A DNA stretch of 64,000 bases from Styela clava (GCF_964204865.1 NC_135262.1:7502001-7566000), one strand, 5' to 3'. Counted from the stretch's first letter, positions 50,800 to 63,695 are shown. Numbers and translations are program-made. The notes: generated by a model not told the origin, from the letters alone.

Positions 50800-51055
50800 T
50801 CAGTAGTTGAAAAGCTTAACCCTTTTCAAGAGTCACTGGCAAATGGGTAATTTATGTTGAAGACGAACACTGGGAACGTGTCAGAACAACTATGACTTCA
50901 GCATTTTCAGTTGCGGTTGATGATGAAAAACGTATTATGAAAAAAATGGAAATATGAAAATTTGATGAAAAGATGATTTTTGGAGATTGTTAGTTGTGCA
51001 TCTGCTGTAATACAGACATTCATTCTAGAATACTCCCAAAAAAGAACCGCAGACC
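50800..51055 (+). pseudogene. Heavily deleted CYP3-like pseudogene fragment (copy 4/5 type)
   Basis: GTTGAAAAGCTTAACCC...GAACACTGGGAACGTGTCAGAACAACTATGACTTCAGCATTTTCA aligns to the VEKLNP..EHWKRVRTTMTPAFS region with frameshifts. The following ~51100-51420 resembles the 3' flank of copies 4 and 5. Confidence 0.8.
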
Positions 51056-52204
51056 CAGTGTGACTCAACAAATTGTCATTTGATCACACCTTACATGCTC
51101 ATGACATCAAAATTTACAATTGTCTTGTAAACGGTTTAATGAAAGCAGTTTTTATAGGCTTATTGTTTCACAACCCTTATCTGTATCATGCAATTTGTGT
51201 TGCGTCTTTCAAGATATTTTGATTAATTGTTAGTGCTAACTAAATTGTTATATCTATTAAGTTCCTATCCTATTGTTCTCTCTCTTCTACAATCACTGTT
51301 AAACATTGTATTTTGAGCAACTAAATTGTATTAATATTAGTCTGTCTATCAACCAAATCCTACTGTTTGGGTATATTGCAGTGTATTATTTTATTTTTTC
51401 AATTGATGTTATCAGCAGTATGTTGCATTCCTTTTACTTCAATTCAATTCATATAGTTTGCTAGTAGTGTCCGACGTTTTATCATCGCTAATTCATTGCT
51501 ATTTTTAATTTAGATAGATTTTGATAGATTAAACATATTTTAAATTGTCCCATGAAATATTGATACATTTTTCATCAGCATTGTTTCTGATCTATCTATA
51601 TTTGTTCTGAAGAAAAGAAAAGAATTTGAATATGGGATGGAAGTTGTAGAAACAACCAGTTGAAGAACCAGCAGGTAAGATGGTTTTGACGAGAGTGTGA
51701 TATTTTAGGTAGGACTTAAAAAAGTTTCTATGCAATGGTATTGGTGACTTCAGATATATGACTCGCATTTTGTATAGGTCATATGATGGAATTTTGCCTT
51801 GCTGTTGCTGTGTTTGCCATTCTTGGGATATTATAAATATTTCCATTCTTGCCATTGTAAAATGTTGTGTGAAACTGGTAAAAACCATCATATGGATAGC
51901 AACGAATATTTATTGTAAATTAGGATATATCTATAAGGGATTATTTCTGTGTTAATATTATGAATCATTCATAATATAAATTTATGCGTCCTTCCATACC
52001 ATAGCCAAGTCATATATGAAAACCAGTTATATACCATATTATTGATAATAAAGACTTATATACAGTGTAAATATATGGGCTTCAATATTTTTCATTATTC
52101 AGATTCATGTTGAACTTTCTCTGTACAAATGCTAAAACAGAGATTGAAATAAGGATATACTTGATGATTTGAGCAATATAAAAGAATTTTTCCGTTGGAT
52201 AAAG

Positions 52205-53728
52205 ATGATCTGGCCTTCAGATCTACTGTCTTCTGCTACATGGTGCCTTCTCGTCCTCATCATTGTTTTGATCAAATATTATTTGCATCGGAAATGGAGT
52301 TTGTTAAAGAACTTGAACGTTCCGCATATTCCTCCATCTATCAGAAATTTTGGGAATGCACGGGCAGTATGGTCAGAAAAGCCATTCATGTTTGATCTTG
52401 AATGCAAGGAAAAGTTCGGTCCAATTTATGGATTTTATATTATGACGAAACCCAGAATTGCCGTTCATGATTTAAACATTTTGCAGCAAATATTTGTGAA
52501 GGATTTTTCAAATTTCACTAATAGAGCAGAAAATCTTAACCCGGTTGAAGAATCAGTGGCAAATGGTTTATTGTTTATTAAAGATGAACATTGGAAACGT
52601 GTCAGAACAACAATGACTCCAGCATTTTCAAGTTTAAAACTAAAATTGATGACAGGAATTGTTGAGAGATGTGTCAGCAATACTATAGAGGTGTTAGAGA
52701 AAAAGTGTAAAAATGAAAATGGCATTTTTAATGTGAAAGATGTTTTTGGAAGATTATCTCTTGATGTCATTTGCGCATCTGCTTTTAGTACTGATATCAA
52801 TTCTCAGGATACCTGTAAAAAAGAACCCCAGATTTCTATTCAGGCTAAGAAAATATTTAAGGCAGGATTTTTTAACATATATTTTCTTATTGGGATTTTG
52901 TTTCCGTTTCTTATCCCCTTCATAGGAAAGATATTGGCGAAAAAACCCTTTATGGTTTACTTCAAGCAACTATGCAATAATATCATGAATCAGAGAGACG
53001 ATCATCAACATGGCAATAACCGTGTGGATTTGATGCAGATTATGTTAGACTATAAAGTGTCTGATACAGTGATTAAAGAAGGCGCCAGAAAAGGAATGTC
53101 AGAAATTGAAGTTATCGAAAATTCTGTGACAATGCTTTTAGCAGGATATGATACTACAAGCATTGCAATGGCAAATTTAATATATAATCTGGCTCAATAT
53201 CAAGAAGTACAGGAGAAACTCCACTTGGAAATTGATGAAGTGTTTCGTAAAAAAGATGGAAATTTAGATTATGATAGTGTTAATGACTTAAATTTCCTTG
53301 ATTTGTGTATAAATGAAAGCATTCGTTTGTATCCTCCAATTGCTAAGACAACAAGGGTGGCTAAAAAAGAAATAAACATCCATGGATTGACTATACCAGC
53401 TGGAATGCTTATGGTAATGCCCATTCATGCATTATGCCATGATCCTGAATACTGGGACGATCCAATGGAATTCAAGCCGGAAAGAATGAAATACATGGAT
53501 GGAATGAATCCCATGGTTTATCAACCATTTGGTAGCGGACCAAGAAATTGCATTGGAAAGAGATTTGCACTCATGGAAATGAAAATAGCAATCTGTAAAT
53601 TACTTCATCAATATAAATTTTTCCCCACAAGTGAAACTCCAAAACCTCCATTGAAGTTGAAATTTGATCTCACAGTTCATCCTAAAGATGAAATCACTCT
53701 TAAAGCTATTCTTCGACAAAACCGTTGA
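52205..53728 (+). CDS. Cytochrome P450 clan 3 (CYP3-like), intronless, copy 4
   Basis: AGYDTTS, ESIR, PERM, FGSGPRNCIG. Confidence 0.95.
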   Translation: MIWPSDLLSSATWCLLVLIIVLIKYYLHRKWSLLKNLNVPHIPPSIRNFGNARAVWSEKPFMFDLECKEKFGPIYGFYIMTKPRIAVHDLNILQQIFVKDFSNFTNRAENLNPVEESVANGLLFIKDEHWKRVRTTMTPAFSSLKLKLMTGIVERCVSNTIEVLEKKCKNENGIFNVKDVFGRLSLDVICASAFSTDINSQDTCKKEPQISIQAKKIFKAGFFNIYFLIGILFPFLIPFIGKILAKKPFMVYFKQLCNNIMNQRDDHQHGNNRVDLMQIMLDYKVSDTVIKEGARKGMSEIEVIENSVTMLLAGYDTTSIAMANLIYNLAQYQEVQEKLHLEIDEVFRKKDGNLDYDSVNDLNFLDLCINESIRLYPPIAKTTRVAKKEINIHGLTIPAGMLMVMPIHALCHDPEYWDDPMEFKPERMKYMDGMNPMVYQPFGSGPRNCIGKRFALMEMKIAICKLLHQYKFFPTSETPKPPLKLKFDLTVHPKDEITLKAILRQNR

Positions 53729-54659
53729 ATGTAATTTTGTTTGAACTTTATTATAGAAAACAAAAAGTTATAAATACTTTAATACCTGCGACTGACTCGA
53801 TAAAAAGACACAATTGTATTTCTCAGCAAAAATGTATTTCGTTGCATATCACACGTATGTCATATTTTGACCATATAACTTTCTATAATATAAGTACCAA
53901 GATAAGGAAATGTGACTCAAGAAAATTGTTTGATGATGTGCATGCTGTATAGCCGAATAGTTAAAGTTTTGTAAAGAATCCTTTGTTTCTACAATGATTC
54001 ATTTTTTATTGAAATTTTAAATCTGCATGTTTTCTCATATGCATTTCTTAACAAAACATCAGAAGGAATTAAATTGTATATTAAAGTTCTTTCATGCAAT
54101 ACTCACCACTTTTCGTTAACAGTTTATATATGTATATATATTAATATTTACACCTTACACACCAATTAACATTTTACAATTAAGTGTCTTTTAAATGATT
54201 TGATAAAATTTTCGTCCTAATCAGGTTTTAATTGTTACTTTTACAAATTAATATCATGAATTTTTGTTCGCTTATGAGATTATCCTATTATAACTATTTC
54301 TTTGTATTTACCTATTAGCTATGTTTATAGGGTTTGGGTTCCACAAGCCTTTCCTGTATCATGCAATTTGTATACTTTTAGGAAACTTTGTGCCTTTGTT
54401 ATCAACTAAAATTATTATATCTAAAAAGGACATATGGTTCTCTTCTCCAATACCGTCAATTTTTATTTACAAATATTTGAATTTTGAGCCACTGAATTGT
54501 GTTACTGATAATACCTGCAACCCTCAACCATATGCAATCATATATCTTTTTATTAGGAATGGTGTGCTTCGACAAAATCCTACTATTGGTATATTGAACT
54601 GTATCTTTGTACCTACCGTTATCAGTTGAGTTAAGTTTTTCTTTCAATCATGTCTATGC

Positions 54660-54870
54660 CCCATACAGAACGTAAAATGTGTTCCTGGATAGGGTTTGGC
54701 TATAATTTCAGGTACAAATACTATGAGAGTCACTCGACTAGAACTCGAACTTGTAATTGTAACTTGTAAATAAGGAAAATTGGAAAAAAATTCTAACCTA
54801 ACCCTAACCTGGTACACATACTACATTCCGGTGTCCGCCATCTTGGTTAACATACTTCGGGAGTACCCAG
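54660..54870. mobile_element. Unclassified interspersed repeat (possibly Helitron/Helentron-related)
   Basis: Absent from the paralogous flank near 58650. Contains CTAACCTAACCCTAACC; its end CCGCCATCTTGG..CATACTTCGG recurs inverted at ~45346-45390. Confidence 0.5.
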
Positions 54871-56009
54871 AAAAGTTCTTGCCTTTTAAAATAATTTTTT
54901 TGTTTGCTTTCATAACCCTGTTGCAACTTATCCATGGTTGAAATACTTATACACAATTATTGCATTTATACAGATCTTAATGCAATATTTTAATGTTTAT
55001 GACATGGATAATATTTGATATAACACATATAAAAGATAAATTCGAGTTTCTATAAGCCTATGATCATGAGGAAGTGTATTATAAGTGTACTCTGCAATAT
55101 GGATTCTACATTGGAATGAAGAATGAAATTTCTGAATTTGTAGGTATAATAGTAAGTTAAGGGATATTTTTACAAAATGTTACAAACATATTTTAAGGAA
55201 ATTTTATGTAGGTCAAAGACTTGATCAATAGCCTATTGACTAATTTGACTCACATGACACTGACAAGCGATTTTGTACTTTGGACCATACTGCCATTTTT
55301 TAAATAATTTGAATCGTATGAATGGTTCAATAATATATTTACGATTTAAATCAAAATTGTTCAAAATTATATTAGCTTAATTGAGCATTTTACAACCAGA
55401 TACCAAAAGGTATATTTCTCAATACCTATTCCTAATATGATCATATATAATTGGGAAATATGTTTTTCTTCTTTTAAAATGTAGCATGATATGTTACATT
55501 TTAATTTGTACTATAATGGTGAAATTCATATTGCTAATTTATTGTTTGTTTCGTTTATTGGCAAACAACTATTTTTACTTTTTAATCAATCTTTTGTATA
55601 AGTAATTTCAAAAGTACTAAATATTTGAAAGCTTATAAAACTAAAACTTAGAACTAGGAGCCCAAAATTTCATTTTGCATGATGGTTTACATTCCGATGA
55701 TAAACGAAAATGCCATTATCAAATACATTTCGAAATAAAAGTGATTGTTTTCTCAGCATTTTGGTAGAATATTTTGCAAATCAGCATTTAACCCGTATAT
55801 TAACCAAACCTTCTTTCTGTTTTATTCTGGCCAAATAGGCTACCTATGCACATATATAGTCTTTTCCAATATTTTTTATTATCCAGATTTGTGTTAAACT
55901 ATAGGCGTATTACTCAGTACAAATGCTAGAACAGAGATCGAAATATGGATATACTTGCTGACTTGAGCAATATAAGGGACTGTTATTAAAATTTTTCAGT
56001 CGGATAAAG

Positions 56010-57539
56010 ATGATCTGGCCTTCAGATCTACTTTCTTCTTTCACATGGTGCCTTCTCGTCCTCATCATTGTTTTGATCAAATATTATTTGCATCGGAAAT
56101 GGAGTTTGTTAAAGAACTTGAACGTTCCGCATATTCCTCCATCTATCAGAAATTTTGGGAGTGCACGGGCAGTATGGTCAGAAAAGCCATTTACGTTTGA
56201 TCTTGAATGCAAGGAAAAGTTTGGTCGAATTTATGGGTATTATATTATGACCAAACCCAGAATTGCCGTTCATGATTTAAACATTTTGCAGCAAATATTT
56301 GTGAAGGATTTTTCAAATTTCACTAACAGAGTTGAAAAGCTTAACCCATTTGAAGAAACAATGTCAAATGGTTTATTGTTCATTGAAGATGAACAATGGA
56401 AACGTGTCAGAACAACAATGACTCCAGCATTTTCAAGTTTAAAACTGAAATTGATGAAAGGAATAGTCGAGAGATGCGTCAGCAATACTATAGACGTATT
56501 AGGGAAAAAGTGTAAAAATGAAAATGGCATTTTCAATGTGAAAGATGTTTTTGGAAGATTATCTCTTGATGTTATTTGCGCATCTGCTTTTAGTACTGAC
56601 GTTAATTCTCAGGATACCTCCAAAAAAGAACCCCAGATTTCTATTCAGGCTAAAGAATTATTTAAAGCGGGATTTTTTAACATATATTTTCTCATTGGGA
56701 TTTTATTTCCGTTTCTCGAAACCTTCATAGGAAAGATATTGGCGAAAAAATCCTTTATGGTTTACTTCAAGCAACTATGCAATAGAATCATAAATCAGAG
56801 AGACGATCATCAACATGGCAATAACCGTGTGGATTTGATGCAGATTATGTTAGACTATAAGGTGTCTGATACAGTGATTAAAAAAGGCGTCAGAAAAGGA
56901 ATGTCAGAAATTGAAGTTATCGCAAATTCTGTGACAATGCTTTTAGCAGGATATGATACTACAAGCATTGCAATGGCAAATTTAATATATAATTTGGCTC
57001 AATATCAAGACGTACAGGAGAAACTCCACTTGGAAATTGATGAAGTGTTTCGTAAAAAAGATGGAAATTTAGATTATGATAGTGTTAATGAATTAAATTT
57101 TCTTGAGTTATGTATAAATGAAAGCATTCGTTTGTATCCTCCAATTGCTAAGACAACCAGGGTGGCTAAAAAAGAAATAAACATCCATGGATTGACTATA
57201 CCAGCCGGAATGCTTATGGTAATGCCCATTCATGCATTATGCCATGATCCTGAATACTGGGACGATCCGATGGAATTCAAGCCGGAGAGAATGAAATACA
57301 TGGATGGAATGAATCCCATGGTTTATCAACCATTTGGTAGTGGACCAAGAAATTGCATCGGAAAGAGATTTGCACTCATGGAAATGAAGATAGCAATCTG
57401 TAAATTACTTCATCAATATAAATTCATCCCCACGAGCGAAACTCCAAAACCCCCGTTAAGGTTGAAATTCGATCTCACTGTTCATCCTAAAGACAAAATC
57501 ACTCTTAAAGCTATTCCCCGACAAAACCATTCAATGTAA
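56010..57539 (+). CDS. Cytochrome P450 clan 3 (CYP3-like), intronless, copy 5 (recent duplicate of copy 4)
   Basis: Same motifs; near-identical to copy 4, including the flanks. Confidence 0.95.
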   Translation: MIWPSDLLSSFTWCLLVLIIVLIKYYLHRKWSLLKNLNVPHIPPSIRNFGSARAVWSEKPFTFDLECKEKFGRIYGYYIMTKPRIAVHDLNILQQIFVKDFSNFTNRVEKLNPFEETMSNGLLFIEDEQWKRVRTTMTPAFSSLKLKLMKGIVERCVSNTIDVLGKKCKNENGIFNVKDVFGRLSLDVICASAFSTDVNSQDTSKKEPQISIQAKELFKAGFFNIYFLIGILFPFLETFIGKILAKKSFMVYFKQLCNRIINQRDDHQHGNNRVDLMQIMLDYKVSDTVIKKGVRKGMSEIEVIANSVTMLLAGYDTTSIAMANLIYNLAQYQDVQEKLHLEIDEVFRKKDGNLDYDSVNELNFLELCINESIRLYPPIAKTTRVAKKEINIHGLTIPAGMLMVMPIHALCHDPEYWDDPMEFKPERMKYMDGMNPMVYQPFGSGPRNCIGKRFALMEMKIAICKLLHQYKFIPTSETPKPPLRLKFDLTVHPKDKITLKAIPRQNHSM

Positions 57540-57767
57540 TTTTGTTTGAATTGTAATATATAAAACGAAAAGTTATAAATACGGTACTTGAAGACCTGCA
57601 GCTGACTTGATAAAAAGACACAATTGTTTTTCTTAGCAAAAATGTATTTCCTTGCATATTACGGGTACCTTATGTCATATTATGACCATATAACTTTCTA
57701 TAATGCAAGTACCAAGATAAGGAAATGTTACGCAAGGAATTGTCTTGATGATGTGCATGCTGTATAG

Positions 57768-57905
57768 CAGGGGTGAGCAACTTCCCTAGTCAGCGGGCCA
57801 TGTATGTACGATGTACGAAAATGAACCGGATTATTACAAAAAATACTTCCAATCTTTGAGATAAAAATCTGGTCGCGGCCATGAGCCTTATGTTGCCCAC
57901 CTCTG
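57768..57905. mobile_element. Short hAT MITE
   Basis: CAGGGGTGAGCAAC / GTTGCCCACCTCTG; TSD CTGTATAG/CCGTATAG; absent from the paralogous site at ~53950. Confidence 0.85.
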
Positions 57906-59790
57906 CCGTATAGTCTAGTAGCTTAAGTTTTGTAAAGAAGCCTTTGTTTCTACAATGATTCATTTTTTGCCAATTTATATGAAAAAAAATTAAATTGTAT
58001 ATTTAAGTGTATTCGTGCAATTAACACTACTTTATGTTAACAATTTGTATAATATATCAAATTAAATTATATATTGAAGTGTATTTGTGCAATTAACACC
58101 ACTTTATGTTAACAATTTGTATAATATATGTATATATAATTGCACGTTACACGCCCAAAAAATAAAATGAAATTTTACAATTGAGTGTCTTTTAAATGAT
58201 TTGATAAAAATTTCGTCCTAATCAGGTTTTAATTGTTACTTTTACAAATTAATATCATGAATCTTTGTTCGCTTATGAGATTATCCTATTATAACTATTT
58301 CTTTGTATTTACCTATTAGCTATGTTTATAGGGTTTGGGTCTCACAAGCCTTTTCTGTATCATGCAATTTGGATACTTTTGAGAAATGTTTGTGCCATAT
58401 TTTGACTTTTTGTAGCTGTTATCAACTAAAATATTATGTCTATTAAGGTTCTCTCTGATAACATCAATTTTTATTTATAATAATTTAAATTTTGAGCCAC
58501 TGGATTGCGTTATTAATAATAATTGCAACCTCTGTCACATGCAATCATATGTATTTTTATTAGGAATGATGTGCTTCAACCTAATCCTACTCTTGGGTAT
58601 ATTGAACTGTATTCTATTTGCCTACGAGTAGTTTTTCTTCCAATCATGACAATGTCAACCAGAGATATGTTCCTGGCCCTGCCTTATAATATAATTTTTT
58701 TTGTTTGCTTTCACTAGCCTGTTGCAACTTTCCAGTGTTGAAATACTTATAAACAATTATTACATTTATACAGATTTTAGATCTAAATGCAGTAGTTTAA
58801 TATTTATGACATGGATATTATTTGTTGAAACAGATTTAAAAGAGAAATTTGAGTTTTTCTAAACATTGTCTCATGAGAAAGTGTATTATGAGTGCAACAT
58901 GGATTCTACGTTGGATCACAGAATGAAATTTCTGAATTCGACAATGATGTTTTTGAAATCAAGACCACAGTAAGCTGATGGATATTTTTGAAAAATATTA
59001 AAAACAAATTTATGTAGGTCAAAGACTTGATCAATATTGACTCACATGACACTGACGAAGCGACTGTGTACTTTGGACCATACTGTCATTGTGTTTAATA
59101 AATAATTTGAATCATGAATGATTCCATAATATATTTATGATTTAAATCAAAATTGTTCAAAAATATGTTAGCTTAACTCAGCATTTTTAATCAATCTCTG
59201 CAATATGGATTCTACATTGGATCACATAATGAATATTCTGACTTTGACTTTAAAGCTTTTGAAATCAAGACAAGTTTGGTAGGTCTAACGGTAATTTGAG
59301 GGATAATTTGAAAAAATGTTAAACACGAATTCTAGTCGCTATGTAGGTCAAAGACTTGATCAATATTGACTTATTCGACTCTCATGACACTGACAAGCGA
59401 CGGGTGTACTTTGGACCATACTGTCATTTTTTTAAAAATAATTTGATTTATATAAAATGGTGCGATAATATATTTATGATTTTAATCAAAACTGTTCAAA
59501 AATATGTTAGTTCAACTGAGCATTTTACAACTATGTACAAAAATGTCCATTTTGTCAATATTCCAGATAATATTATATATACCGCCACTGCTAATATTTA
59601 TATACACAGGTCCTTTAAATATTTTCGTATTTTCACATATGTTTACCTGCTTATAAAAATATGGTATGTAAAAATATGTTAATATTTTACAATGTAATTC
59701 ATACCATTACAGTAAAATTCAAATTGCAGCTTTTTTCGTTGTGGTCACTGGCAAACAAATATTTTATACCTTTTAATTAATCTTTTATAT

Positions 59791-60181
59791 CAGTGGTTCC
59801 CTAACTCTTTAGAGTTGGGACCCACTATTTTTTACCACAGCTTATGGCGACCCATTTAACTTTAATAAATTAATAAAACATTGATGGAGGAAACAAAATT
59901 TATTTTCCTAAACTGAATTTTCAGTGAAGCTAGTGAGAAAGATGAGATTGTTTCTTGCTATTTTCCACTAAAGACTTGACATTTTTTTCAATTCCAGATA
60001 GTTTTAGACATGAAAAATTGAAAAAGTTGCAGTTTATTTCAAAATTTGCTTTTAAATTTGCTTTGCCACCGATCCTAATAACCAGTATAATTGATCAAAG
60101 CTTTCTACATCTTTTCACGACCCACTGAGATTCCTCTTGCAACCCACCAGTGGGTCGCGACCCATAGTTTGGGAACCGCTG
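59791..60181. mobile_element. hAT MITE
   Basis: CAGTGGTTCCC / GGGAACCGCTG; perfect TSD TTTTATAT; empty paralogous site at ~55590. Confidence 0.9.
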
Positions 60182-61031
60182 TTTTATATTATTATATTTG
60201 AAAATAGTAAACATTTGAAAGATAACGGAATATACTAATTTCATTTTGCACTGATGGCTCACATTTCAATGATAAATGAAATGCTGTTATCGAATAATTT
60301 TCCAATTGAAGAATATTTTGCATATCAGCATTTAACCCATATGTTAATCAAAACCCTTTTTCTGTTTTATTTTGGCCAATTCTGATGCCAGGTTCTTTAA
60401 CAGAACCAATGCAGTTTTGCTATTTACTATCAGTTCTGGCATTGTGTTGTAGTGTCTTCAATTATCTTTCAACTTATCCTTATTCAAATTGAAACGATCT
60501 GCCCTAATCAATATAATAAGATATCATGACATAACTTGTGTTATTGAGCTGATCAGATTCATGCTTTTGAAATTTTTGTTAAAATTCTTAGTAAGCTCTT
60601 AACTTGCGAACATTAATTTGTTTAATCAAGTGGCAAATGTCAGAATATTCAACTTGAACCATGGTAATACTCAAAACTAACTAAACTAACTTTTTTCTTG
60701 ACAAAGTGACTTCGGGCTGGAGGATTGGCGTTTTGTCCCAGTTTCAGTAAGAATGCTGAATGAAAGCAAAAAAATTACTTCAACTGAATATTGCATTATG
60801 ATTGGAACTATTATGTACCGAGTCATGTTGGAGTTTCTCAACCATTGTGGTATATTTTACAGATATTGATACGCTCATTAACTACAGTATAGTATTCGAT
60901 AGCAAACAACAATTAGTTTTTGTCCGTAACTGCTCATTATCTGCAAGAGAATCGCGATCACTAAAAAATCAGTAGTAAAGTTGAGATTGTAAGTATAAGT
61001 TGAGCAAGGTTGTTAGTAGTCAGTATCCAAC

Positions 61032-63276
61032 ATGAATGAAATTGAAGCTCAAAATGAGAATCCGGAATGGGAAAAAGCAAGGAAAGCACTCGAAAACCTC
61101 AATCAAGACAAGAGTGGTAGCAATAACAGTAAGGTAAGTTATGAATTGAGGAATACATTACTTGAATCTGGTTTTCCAGTTCAATATTATTGTATTTTCT
61201 TTAGAATGCAGTAAACTAATAATCGAATCATTTTGTTTTTTCAGTATGGCAAAGGAACACCTAGGAATGGACCAGATAAGTTTTTTCAAGGTAACAACAA
61301 CATGAGGAATATGGGATATCATCCTTCAGGTTCATGGGGTTCGCCATTTGGATATGGAGCCATGGGAGGGTATAGTCCAATGCAAAGAGGACCCTACCCA
61401 CCTATGGGATACATGAACCAATTTGGATCGATGGGTCCAGGAATGCGTAGAGGATCTCCAATGCAAGGAAATAGATTTCGTATGGGAATGAATAATATGT
61501 CTCGAGTAAGTATGCAGTATTTCAAATGAAATGATTGGTGTTACAAATTGTTTTGAATGTTGACTATAACAAAATTCTTTATTTAGATGCCATCAAACCC
61601 TTATGGAAATTTATATACGGGATTTGGATCATCACCCAATGGCCGGAGGATTGATGATAGTCCAAACAAAAATGTCTCTAGTAGAGATCATAGAAATGAC
61701 GACAATGAACCGCCTCTGCCTCCTGATTCATCTCAGGGCCCTCCTCCACCGCCACCAGGTTCTGAAGGGAAACCATCTTTCCCTAAACCAAGATTGCCCA
61801 ATAATTCCTATCGATTTAGGCATGACAAAGGTCCAGGTAGGTCATTATTAATAGCGTTATGTAATTGGTTATGTGGGTTTCATGTATTACAACTTTAGAA
61901 TATGATTTATTATGTTTTAATAAGGACCTATTCGATTTAATCTTGGATCAACAAAATCAGAGTCAGAAAAATCAAACCCAAGTAAAGAGAAGATGAGTGA
62001 AGGGAGATCATCTCGTAGTCCACCCAAGATAGATGATCATCAGATGAAAAATGATGAATCCAAAAATGAAACGAAACAACCTGATGGTGCAAATTCTTTT
62101 CAAATGGGGAATAAGTCTTGGTCTCCAGAATTAATGTTAGTAGTTTCTATTTGTTATATGCCGTAACAGTTATCAATTATTATGTGTTAACGTTTTCAAG
62201 CCTATCAACTTTCATGGTCACATCATCACATGCCCCTTTTGTTCGGTATGGTTGAATGAATTTTCTTTATGTACTTTGTGGCATAACTTGTCGTTAAATT
62301 TCCCAAATTACTTGATTATTTCTGCTAAGTAAAATTCAAACTTGCTCAAATTTGTTCCTGTCTAACTTCCTACACCATAATTATAATATTATATCATTTT
62401 ACGAAATCTTATCTTTTATCTCACAGTTAAGTGCAATCTTCTTCACACTTACAAGGTGTTAGATTGTTATCACTTTTATCTTGGCACTTCACAATTGCTT
62501 CATTGGTACAGTTACAGAGCTTTTATCTGAATGTTAATAAGAAACAGTTCACTGACAAATATGTATTCTTGCAGGGAATATATTCAACGTTCATTTCAAG
62601 CGTGCACCTCTGAAAGTGATAAAGATAGAACAGAAGCATATTTGAAAAGTCTTTTAAATGAAAGAATGAAGAGTGGGGTGGCACATCAAATTGATTGGAA
62701 TGTTGAACCTCTGCCTATGTAAGATTAAAATGAAGTTTTTGTTGTTGTTTTGTAGTAGGATGAGATCTTAGTTACAGAAATCTTCTCATCCAAATTAACC
62801 CAGGATAGAAAATTTGTCATTATGTAATTTTATTTAGGCTCACTTATATGTATCAAGAAAATTTATTGAAATCATGAAATTGAGATAAATGATCCTTAAT
62901 TACCGATATGTGTAGACTGATGAGTATCAATAGCCTACTTATATTTTTAGGCTCAGACTATGACTGGGATTAAGTTTACAACTGTTTTGAGATTCTTGCT
63001 GCCATACTCTAGCTAATGTAACTCAGTAATCTAGTCCTCTTCAAGATTACCGGTACATATTAACAATTTATCAGTTGTTTAATCAGCCTGGCAATTTCTT
63101 ATCAGGCTGCAAAATTGATTTCCCCTGATAATATCTCATAGCTTTCATTTTTTCCTACTCAGTGATCTGATAAAACCGAAACCAGAGTTAAAAATGGAAT
63201 TACGAAATAAACTATCACAGAGACATGATAGCTCACCAAAGCAAAGTAGAAATACAGATAGAAGGAAAATTTCGAG
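61032..63276 (+). CDS. LENG8: LENG8 (SAC3/GANP-family RNA-processing factor), 5' exons only; continues past the window
   Basis: [13 protein letters not shown]-terminal motif and [26 protein letters not shown]...IDWNVEPLP motif match LENG8 as I recall it. Phase-compatible exons: 61032-61133, 61245-61505, 61587-61836, 61925-62135, 62575-62718, 63163-63276. Confidence 0.85.
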
Positions 63277-63695
63277 GTTTGTAACCTTTACAAAGATAAT
63301 ATGTATAATTGTTCTATTTCATTTGGTATAGTCTTTTATATGACAAAATGTTACCAATAGCATGCAGTTACTGGCTAATACTGTACTTTTATTTTTGGCT
63401 TCATATTTGCCTAGCCAGTTATGATTAATCTTTCAAATGAATATTTGTTTTCTGTGTCATATTCATGAATCATATAAAATGTAATCGCTTTCAATAATCA
63501 GTATCCAATAAAGCAATGGTAGCAGCCTTTCATATTGCTTTTTTGAATATTGACCCGTAATCCTTTTCCGATCTGAAACCATAATACTGTTTACATATTC
63601 TTGTTATTGCAAATGGTTGTCAATATGGTATGTTCTGTAATGATTAGATTTGTTTTTGCTATGCTCCATTAAATATGATCAATAATGATTTGAAC

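Noticed and set aside
54793-54812. CTAACCCTAACC as an interstitial telomere
   Set aside because: Only two or three imperfect units, inside an interspersed repeat.
41153-56730. Antisense and alternative-frame ORFs recurring inside each CYP
   Set aside because: Shadows of paralogous coding sequence with no independent motifs.
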